DNA from: an uncultured bacterium
GTDB taxonomy: Bacteria; SAR324; NAC60-12
Reading direction: 5' to 3'
Assembly (NCBI GenBank): GCA_965662845.1
Contig: CBFIJD010000007.1
Span: 39,317-103,316 of the forward strand
Length of the DNA stretch: 64,000 bases
Positions 40,716 to 47,913 of this stretch are shown piece by piece. The notes under the pieces were generated by a model. It was not told the origin of the DNA, searched no databases, and worked only from the letters and a program-made list of their open reading frames with translations. The position numbers were made by a program, and so were the translations under genes. Every line of letters begins with the position of its first letter. Within the stretch, counting starts at the first letter, position 1.

Positions 40716-40994
40716 TTAGGATTTTTCGGGGAGCCGAATTTTGCGATAGAGTTGGTTTAGCCGGCGCTGCACTTCCATTGCGCGCTCAAGCATTCCACGG
40801 GCCTGTTGCACCTCTTCTGCTAGGTTTTGGTCATGGCGGGCGACCGTCCCTAGGGCCTGATCTAGGTCTTTGTCAAAAGAATTCACAGAGTGCAGTGTCT
40901 CGTGCAGCTGCTCTTGCAGGGACTCCGAGCGACGCGGCGCATGCCCTTGGCGAGCACCCCACATTTCGTTTGTCAATGGCTTACGCACATCCAT
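40716..40994 (-). CDS. Divergent FliE-like protein (92 aa)
   Basis: AGGAG RBS; SLQEQLHETLHSVN and QQA..LE..MEVQRRLNQLYRKI align by eye to FliE helices. Confidence 0.6.
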   Translation of the reverse strand: MDVRKPLTNEMWGARQGHAPRRSESLQEQLHETLHSVNSFDKDLDQALGTVARHDQNLAEEVQQARGMLERAMEVQRRLNQLYRKIRLPEKS

Positions 40995-41035
40995 CGAGGA
41001 CTCCTGTATGGCCCAGCAACTGTCATGAGATTGAA

Positions 41036-41482
41036 TCAGGCGCGTCCGAGGTCTAAGGCCGTTTGCACCATATTCTTGGTGGCGTTGAATGCTTCGGCGT
41101 TGGCGTCATAGGAGCGATTGGCAGACATCAAGTTCACCATCTCCTCCATAATGTTCACGTTAGGCATCTCCACATAGCCATCTTCGTTGGCGTCAGGGTG
41201 CCCAGGTTCGTAACGTAGAATCGGCGGGCGCTCGTCTTGTACGACGCCTACGACTTTCACCTCTGTCGCGTTGCTCGTGGAGCGCTCTTGGGCGCGGAGC
41301 TCTTCGTCAAACGTGCGGTCATTGGAGACTGCGGCGAGCACGACCTCACGGCGACGATAGGGGCCGCCTTGCGCGGTGCGGGTGGTCTCGGCGTTCGCGA
41401 TGTTCTCGGAGATGGTGTTGACGCGCTGACGCTGTGCCGTCATGCCCGACACGCTCACATTGAGGGAATTTAGAAAGCTCAT
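41036..41482 (-). CDS. flgC: Flagellar proximal rod protein FlgC
   Basis: SGMTAQRQRVNTISENIANAETT, GGPYRRR and PGHPDA..DGYV.MPNV motifs. Confidence 0.98.
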   Translation of the reverse strand: MSFLNSLNVSVSGMTAQRQRVNTISENIANAETTRTAQGGPYRRREVVLAAVSNDRTFDEELRAQERSTSNATEVKVVGVVQDERPPILRYEPGHPDANEDGYVEMPNVNIMEEMVNLMSANRSYDANAEAFNATKNMVQTALDLGRA

Positions 41483-41904
41483 TACTTGGTCTCAGTGATG
41501 GCGGTTTTCAGCATTTTGAACTGATGAGAGAGCATGCGAATCCCTGCGTTGTACATCAGTTGGTTCTCGGCCATCTTGGCCATCTCTTTGTCTAAATCGA
41601 CGGTGTTGCCATCGAAGTCGGCGAAGGGCGTCGCGCTGTTGATGCGCTGGGCTTCGACTTCGGCGAGGGGCGTCGTATCGTTGCCGTTCATGTGGCGCGG
41701 ATCGCTGACTTTCAGGGGGCCGGGCTCATCTGCACCGAGCGCGGTCTCCAGCGCGTTCTCGAACACTAAGTCTTCCGCTTTGTAGCCGGGAGTCTCTTGG
41801 TTCGCGATGTTGGAGGACAAGACCTTGTGGCGCTCTGTGCGGAAATTAAGCGTCCTTTCTGCCAGCAGATGGACCTGATTTTTGAACAAAACAGACATAG
41901 CCAT
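41482..41904 (-). CDS. flgB: Flagellar proximal rod protein FlgB
   Basis: SNIANQETPGYKA.D and DGNTVDLDKEM motifs. Confidence 0.97.
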   Translation of the reverse strand: MAMSVLFKNQVHLLAERTLNFRTERHKVLSSNIANQETPGYKAEDLVFENALETALGADEPGPLKVSDPRHMNGNDTTPLAEVEAQRINSATPFADFDGNTVDLDKEMAKMAENQLMYNAGIRMLSHQFKMLKTAITETK

Positions 41905-41939
41905 TTCTCATTTAGGAATTGAAATTCTGTGTAGATGGA

Positions 41940-41956
41940 TGCAATTCCAAGACCAG
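41940..41956 (-). promoter_or_regulatory. Putative sigma54 promoter for the flgB operon
   Basis: Minus strand CTGGTCTTGGAATTGCA = GG-N10-GC with TTGCA, about 35 nt upstream of the flgB ATG. Confidence 0.6.
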
Positions 41957-42460
41957 TCACTCATGCAAGTCTTGCTTCGTCTCCATACGCTCTAGCGCAT
42001 CTCGCAAAGACAGTTCAAAGCGCAGATCTCGAGGAGGGAGCGGACGTTGCGCTTGCAGAGCGCGGTCGATGAGTTGTTCCAACTCTGTCGTCACAAACTG
42101 CAAGAAATCGCGCGTGGAGATGATCCCGACCGGACGGTGTGCGGGGTCTACAACAGGCAAATGCCGAAAATTGTGCGTGCGGATGATCTGGATGCACTCC
42201 TGTACATGTGTAGTCTCCTGCACTGTCACAGGGTGGCGTGTGTAGACGCTGAGGAGGTTTGTGTGTTCTGGGTCTTTGTGGGCGGAGAGAACTTTGTCAA
42301 TCAGATCCCACTTCGTGACAATTCCGACGAGCTGTTGTTGCTCGACCACGAGCACCGAGCCCAGTCGATGCAGTCGCATCAGCTCCACCACGTGACGCAC
42401 CATGGCCGTCGGCTCAAGCGAGATCACATTTCGGTTCATAACAGAGCGAATCAACGCCAT
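41957..42460 (-). CDS. CBS-pair protein
   Basis: LVGIVT..D and FRHLPVVD...GIIS.RD CBS motifs; AAGGAG RBS. Confidence 0.9.
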   Translation of the reverse strand: MALIRSVMNRNVISLEPTAMVRHVVELMRLHRLGSVLVVEQQQLVGIVTKWDLIDKVLSAHKDPEHTNLLSVYTRHPVTVQETTHVQECIQIIRTHNFRHLPVVDPAHRPVGIISTRDFLQFVTTELEQLIDRALQAQRPLPPRDLRFELSLRDALERMETKQDLHE

Positions 42461-42643
42461 AATTCTCCTTGCTTTGAGTTGTCAGAACATTCTGTGAGGC
42501 GCCAACGGGTCAGAAGATCTCGTCATGCCTGCTCTGGCATCCCTGCTTGACGCTTGCGAGGGGGTCGGGCAGCATCTGAGCGCTGTGGGAACTCTGGTTC
42601 TCGCGCTAGCTGCCTCACAACAACCTTTATTTTTCGACTGCCC

Positions 42644-43873
42644 ATGCCTCGTTTTGCCATTGTCATCTTCGTGTTCTTCGCGCTGGCGAGCAGCCTCCTC
42701 ATCTTTAGCTCCCCCCCTATGCCGGGCAACGCGGTCGCCAGCGAGTGGGAAGAAGTGGTCAAGCGAGGCGAAGGACAGACCGTCTACTGGAACGCGTGGG
42801 GAGGGAGTGAAGAGATCAATCAATACATCCGCTGGGTCGGCGACCGAGTCCAAGAGCAGTATGGCGTCAAACTCGAGCACGTCAAACTCAGCGACACCGC
42901 CGATGCGGTCAATCGCATTTTGGCAGAGAAGAGCGCTGGGCGTACGGACGAAGGCTCCGTCGATTTGATCTGGATCAACGGCGAGAACTTTGCCCGCATG
43001 AAAGAGAATGAGCTGCTCTATGGCCCCTTCACGAGCAAGCTCCCGAATTTGCCTCTGGTTGATTTTGACAACAAGCCGACCACGCTAGTGGACTTCACGA
43101 TTCCAGTTGAGGGGCTGGAGTCTCCATGGGGCATGGCCAAGTTTAACTTTCCTTACAACGCCACGCGCATCGCCGCGCCGCCACGCAGCATTCCTGACTT
43201 TCTCACGTGGACGGCGGCAAACCCAGGGCGCTTCACGTACCCCGCTCCGCCGGATTTCTTGGGATCGACCTTCTTGCAGCAAATTCTCATCGAGCTGGTT
43301 GACGATCCAGAGGTGCTGCAGCGCGCGGTCACAGACGCAGAGTTTGAACAATTCAGCCAACCCCTCTGGGCATATTTGGATCAATTGCACCCCAACCTCT
43401 GGCGCGAAGGGCGCACCTTCCCGGCCAGTGGGCCCGCGCAGCGCCAGCTGCTGGATGACGAGATTGTGGACATCGCGCTCTCTTTCAATCCTGCCGACAC
43501 CTCTGCCGCGATTGCGAACGGCTTGCTGCCAGAGAGCACGCGCACCTTCGTGTTGGAAAAGGGCACCATCGGGAACACCCACTTTGTCGCGATTCCCTTC
43601 AACTCAGCGCACACGGCAGGAGCGATGCTCGTCGCCAACTTTCTGCTGAGCCCTGAAGCGCAAGCGCACAAACAAAATCCTGACATTTGGGGCGACGCAA
43701 CGGTGCTCGCCATGAACAAGCTGACGGCAGAGCAACGGGCGCTGTTTGAGGCGCTCCCCCGTGGAATCGCGACTCTGCCTCCAGAGCAATTAGGCCCCAC
43801 CCAGCCGAACCCACACCCTGATTGGCGGATCCGCTTAGACGCAGAGTGGCAGCGCCGCTACGCCTCCGAGTGA
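42644..43873 (+). CDS. ynjB: ABC transporter substrate-binding protein, YnjB family
   Basis: GQTVYWNAWGGS, GSVDLIWINGENF, FTYPAPPDF.G and GNTHFVAIPFN motifs. Confidence 0.9.
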   Translation: MPRFAIVIFVFFALASSLLIFSSPPMPGNAVASEWEEVVKRGEGQTVYWNAWGGSEEINQYIRWVGDRVQEQYGVKLEHVKLSDTADAVNRILAEKSAGRTDEGSVDLIWINGENFARMKENELLYGPFTSKLPNLPLVDFDNKPTTLVDFTIPVEGLESPWGMAKFNFPYNATRIAAPPRSIPDFLTWTAANPGRFTYPAPPDFLGSTFLQQILIELVDDPEVLQRAVTDAEFEQFSQPLWAYLDQLHPNLWREGRTFPASGPAQRQLLDDEIVDIALSFNPADTSAAIANGLLPESTRTFVLEKGTIGNTHFVAIPFNSAHTAGAMLVANFLLSPEAQAHKQNPDIWGDATVLAMNKLTAEQRALFEALPRGIATLPPEQLGPTQPNPHPDWRIRLDAEWQRRYASE

Positions 43874-45528
43874 ACCTGCTCCGCTGGACACCTGCGGTCA
43901 CGCTCACGTTGCTGCTGTTGCCCATCAGCGCAGGGGTGGGGGGCGTGCTGCTCCTTTCTTTTCAGCAATTTGCGTTTCAGCCGACCGACCCAGCGTGGTT
44001 TCAAGCATGGTATGATCTCTGGAACCATCCTTCCACTTGGCCCGCGCTCTCTCTGACCCTGCAAACCAGCTTGCTGTCGACAGCGCTCTCTCTGCTCTTG
44101 AGTGGGGCCATCTTGAGCGTCTGGCAAACGCTGTCTCAGCAACGAGGCTTGACGCAAGCGCTGATCCTCCCAATGGCGTTGCCTCACGCCGCCGTCGCGG
44201 TGGGCCTCACGCTGCTCCTTGCGCCTTCAGGGTGGCTGTGGCGCTGGGTCACCTCATCAGCCGAGCGGCCTCCCGACATTTTCTTTCCACACGACGAGCA
44301 AGGCTGGGGGCTGGTGCTGGGGCTGGTGCTCAAGGAGACGACGTTCCTGTTGCTGGTCATGCTGAGTTTGTTGCCTCGCGTTCCGGTGCGGCAGCGGGTT
44401 CACTCCGCGCGCTTGCTCGGGTTTCAGGCATGGCTAGCGTGGTGGCACACGGTCTTTCCTGAGCTATATGGGCAGCTGCGTCTCCCGCTGTGGGCGGTTC
44501 TGGCTTTCTCAGTGGGGGTTGTAGACGTAGCCCTCATTTTGGGGCCAACGGCCCCGCCACCCTTTGCGGTGTTGGTGTTACAGTGGGCGCAAGATCCGCT
44601 CTTAGAGCAACAAGCCTTGGCCGCCGCTGGCGCCTTACTGCAAATCGCGATCGTGCTGGGGCTGATCGTCTTCTGGCTAGTCATGGAGCGCCTGCTGATC
44701 CTCGCGACGCGCTGGGGCAGGCACCGCTCTCTGCCTTTTTTGATTCACAAAATACACAATCAATTCACGCAGCTGAGCGCCTTGCTCGGAGGGGCTCTGT
44801 TTGTGGGGAGTTTGCTGGCGCTGGGCTTGTGGTCCCTCTCCCATCGTTGGCCGTTTCCGGAGCGGTGGCCGCAGCAGTGGACTCTGCGGACTTGGGAGCG
44901 CTATGGGCCTGACGTCCAAGAACTCTGGGTAGACACGGCGATGCTTGCCTTCGGTAGCACCGTGATCGCGCTGTTGCTGGTGATCGGGTGGCTGTTTGCA
45001 GAGACCGGTCTTGAGAAGCGATCACGGCGAGAGCTTTGGCTGTATGCCCCGTTGTTGATGCCACAGACCACTTTTTTGTTTGGTGTGCAGATTTTGGCAG
45101 TGCGCGCTCGCTTGGACGGCACCTTTGTACTGCTCCTCTGGATGCACCTGCTGTATGTGTTGCCCTATGTATTTTTGATAGTGTCTGATCCTTGGCGCCA
45201 AGCAGAGGAGCGCTTTCCCCGGGTGTCCCGTCTGCTTGGGCACGGCGCTGTCAGGACGCTGTGGCAGGTTCAGCTACCGTTGCTTCTGCCGACGCTTTTG
45301 CTCGCAGGCAGCCTGGGCATCGCGGTGAGCGTCGCGCAATATCTCCCGACGGTGTTTGCTGGCGCCGGACGATGGGCAACGCTCACGACGGAGGCGGTGA
45401 GCGTGACCGCAGGCTATGATCGGCGGGTGATGGGCGTCTTCGCGTTAGCTCAAGCCGCGCTACCAGCGCTGGTCCTTGGTCTTGGCCTCGGCCTTGCCCA
45501 CTGGCACAGTCGTCGCTACCGGATTTGA
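43870..45528 (+). CDS. ynjC: ABC transporter permease, YnjC family
   Basis: GTG start overlapping the ynjB stop; LPHAAVAVG, VVDVALILGPT.PP and QYLPT...GAGR..TLTTEAV motifs. Confidence 0.88.
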   Translation: MNLLRWTPAVTLTLLLLPISAGVGGVLLLSFQQFAFQPTDPAWFQAWYDLWNHPSTWPALSLTLQTSLLSTALSLLLSGAILSVWQTLSQQRGLTQALILPMALPHAAVAVGLTLLLAPSGWLWRWVTSSAERPPDIFFPHDEQGWGLVLGLVLKETTFLLLVMLSLLPRVPVRQRVHSARLLGFQAWLAWWHTVFPELYGQLRLPLWAVLAFSVGVVDVALILGPTAPPPFAVLVLQWAQDPLLEQQALAAAGALLQIAIVLGLIVFWLVMERLLILATRWGRHRSLPFLIHKIHNQFTQLSALLGGALFVGSLLALGLWSLSHRWPFPERWPQQWTLRTWERYGPDVQELWVDTAMLAFGSTVIALLLVIGWLFAETGLEKRSRRELWLYAPLLMPQTTFLFGVQILAVRARLDGTFVLLLWMHLLYVLPYVFLIVSDPWRQAEERFPRVSRLLGHGAVRTLWQVQLPLLLPTLLLAGSLGIAVSVAQYLPTVFAGAGRWATLTTEAVSVTAGYDRRVMGVFALAQAALPALVLGLGLGLAHWHSRRYRI

Positions 45529-45657
45529 AACCGCGCTTCAGCGTGCCCGCACTCGCGGGAGTTTCCCTTTTGTTTGCCTCTTTTTCGATGTAGTGTCTTC
45601 GGCTTTTGCGTTCTTTCTCTCAACCGCGTACGCGCTCCTCGACAGAACAGATTCTCC

Positions 45658-46587
45658 ATGCCAAACACCTCCGGACAAACCATTTATCAGCAAAACCAAG
45701 AGATTCTTGAGTATTTGCGCTCTTCGCAATTGCTGGGGAATATGCCCGATCCTGCCCTAGCTCAGCTGCTCCCAACGGCGGATATCAGCCAACGCAACGC
45801 AGGGACGCTGCTGCTAGAAGAAGGACAGACCAACACGGTGATCTACTTTCTGATTCGAGGACGCATCGGCATCTATTCCCACGACGATCTCGTGCTGCAA
45901 ATGCAACGGCGTGGCGACATCTTCGGCGAGGTGAGCGCCCTCAGCCATCAGCCCAGCAAAATTGCAGTGAAAGCCGAGACGGATGTGAACCTCTTTAGCG
46001 TAGACACTCAGGGCCTCTCGGTTTTCCACGATACCGCCCCAGGTGCCGACGAACAAAGCCTGCTCTATCGCTTCTTTTCGACGATTTTGACGGACAAGCT
46101 CGCGCTGGTAAATTTCCGCAATCGTCAGTTGATGCAGATCAACCAGCATCTCGAATCCCAGCTCCTGCAAGCCACACAAGCGACGAGCGTCGGCCCTCCC
46201 TCGACAGATCGTTGGGAGCAACTGCGCCAATACATACAACCACAGGCCGAACTCGGCGAACCGCTCCTCGACCTAGAGATGCTGTCGCGCCTCAGTGAGC
46301 CTGTCTGCCACCAGCTCATCGAGCTGTTCTTGAAGGAAAGCCAGCAGCAGCTCGATGAGCTACACACAGCGTTTGCCGCAAACGATTTTGAACGCGTTGA
46401 GCACGCCTTGCACCTGTTGCTCAACGGCAGCTTTGGGGTCGGCGCGAATCGCTTAGTCTCGCTCTGCGAAGAGCTGCAAGCCCAGTGCACGCCCACCTCG
46501 CTGGGGTCTTGTGAGGCGCTCTTCACCCAATTGTCACAAGCGCATCAGCGCACTTGCGACGGTCTCCGCATTGTCTTGGGAGGATAG
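45658..46587 (+). CDS. Cyclic-nucleotide-binding domain + HPt domain protein
   Basis: EEG.....YFLIRG and GDIFGE cNMP motifs; LIELFL...L..L..A....D...V...LH.L.NGS..VGA..L..LC..L HPt pattern. Confidence 0.75.
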   Translation: MPNTSGQTIYQQNQEILEYLRSSQLLGNMPDPALAQLLPTADISQRNAGTLLLEEGQTNTVIYFLIRGRIGIYSHDDLVLQMQRRGDIFGEVSALSHQPSKIAVKAETDVNLFSVDTQGLSVFHDTAPGADEQSLLYRFFSTILTDKLALVNFRNRQLMQINQHLESQLLQATQATSVGPPSTDRWEQLRQYIQPQAELGEPLLDLEMLSRLSEPVCHQLIELFLKESQQQLDELHTAFAANDFERVEHALHLLLNGSFGVGANRLVSLCEELQAQCTPTSLGSCEALFTQLSQAHQRTCDGLRIVLGG

Positions 46588-46719
46588 CCCGCTCCTGCTA
46601 CACAACTCCGCGCATCCAAAGAAAAACATTTATAGATCGCCATATTGAACTATTTGAGTTAGAGAAGGCCCTCAGGATTCTGTCCTGCATAAATTTAACG
46701 TCCTACTCAGGAGTTCCAT

Positions 46720-47376
46720 ATGAAAATGTTCCGCCGCCTACTCGCCACCGCTCTCCTCACCGTATCTCTGAGCCTCCCAGCGCTCGCAGAGGACGTGATG
46801 ATTGACGACAATGTCAAATCCGTGACCATCACGCTGAATGATGAGACCTTCACCATTGAGCGCAACCAAGACAAAACCGCCCATATTCACGAACTCTACG
46901 CTACGACCTTCCGAGGCAAGCCACAGCCCATTAAATTGGCAGAAGGCGTGGAGACCGTCGGGGAGCTGGAGTTGATTGAGTACATGGTCCGCGCCCAAGT
47001 CAATAAGGACATCGTCATCCTCGACACTCGCACTCCAGGTTGGTACGCCAGCCTCCGCATTCCGGGCACCATCAACATTCCCAACAGCGAATTTGAAAAC
47101 TATGATGACGCCGTTTTCAACATGACTATGTTTATGGGAGTGAAGCAGAATGAGGACAACTCTTTGGATTTCTCTGAAGCCAAGACCGTCGTGGGATACT
47201 GCAACGGGTTCTGGTGCGGACAAACGCCGAGCCTTATCAAGCACGCGCGATACAGCCTGCTGAACATGGGCTATCCTGCCGAGAAGATTAAATACTACCG
47301 CGGTGGTATGCAGGCATGGGCCGCCCTTGGGCTGACAATGGCCGGCGACAACGCCAACAGTATGGCCGGACAGTAA
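46720..47376 (+). CDS. Periplasmic rhodanese-domain sulfurtransferase
   Basis: Signal peptide; DTRTP.WY, IPGTINIP, YCNGFWCGQ and YYRGGMQAW; AGGAG RBS. Confidence 0.88.
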   Translation: MKMFRRLLATALLTVSLSLPALAEDVMIDDNVKSVTITLNDETFTIERNQDKTAHIHELYATTFRGKPQPIKLAEGVETVGELELIEYMVRAQVNKDIVILDTRTPGWYASLRIPGTINIPNSEFENYDDAVFNMTMFMGVKQNEDNSLDFSEAKTVVGYCNGFWCGQTPSLIKHARYSLLNMGYPAEKIKYYRGGMQAWAALGLTMAGDNANSMAGQ

Positions 47377-47386
47377 CTCTTCTCTT

Positions 47387-47894
47387 CCCCTAAAGAGGCG
47401 TCCCACGCCAGCCCAGGGCAATGCCCTGGGAATCATGGGAAGAACCCCAGTCCGTCGATTTGTGCCCCGTTCTCCTCTCTGCGAATTTGAGCTTCGGAGG
47501 GTCGTTCCATGTCAGAGCGCAGAACATCGCTTTCTGCGAATTTGAGCTCGTCAGGTTGGTTCCACGTCAGCCCCGTTCTCCTCTCTGTGAATTTGATCCC
47601 GTCAGGAACGTTTTACGTCAGCCGCTGTCCTGCGAATTTGAGCTCCGAAGGAGCGTTCCACGTTAGCCTAGGGCAACGCCCTGGTAATCAATCCCGACCG
47701 TACCCCAAGCCCTGAAAGAGCGATCAAACCTATTGGGAACCAATCCGGACCCGTGTCCCATCTAAGCAACGCGGAGTATGTGTGGGCTTGAGATGAGGCC
47801 GGGCTTTCAGCCCTGCATCGGTTTGGTTTCCTATTCCCAGGGCAACGCCCTGGTAATCAATCCCGACCGTACCCCAAGCCCTGAAAGGGCGATC
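47387..47894. repeat. REP/BIME-like palindromic repeat cluster
   Basis: CCCAGGGC-N3-GCCCTGG(G) palindromes; four degenerate 37-bp units (47479, 47534, 47585, 47630); 56-bp direct repeat at 47670-47725 and 47839-47894 with 1 mismatch. Confidence 0.85.
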
Positions 47895-47913
47895 TTCTCC
47901 TTCCGAGACCGTC

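Noticed and set aside
47479..47666. Four 37-bp repeats as a CRISPR array
   Set aside because: Units are degenerate, spacers are only 8-18 bp and partly repeated, no cas genes are present, and the units merge into REP-like hairpins
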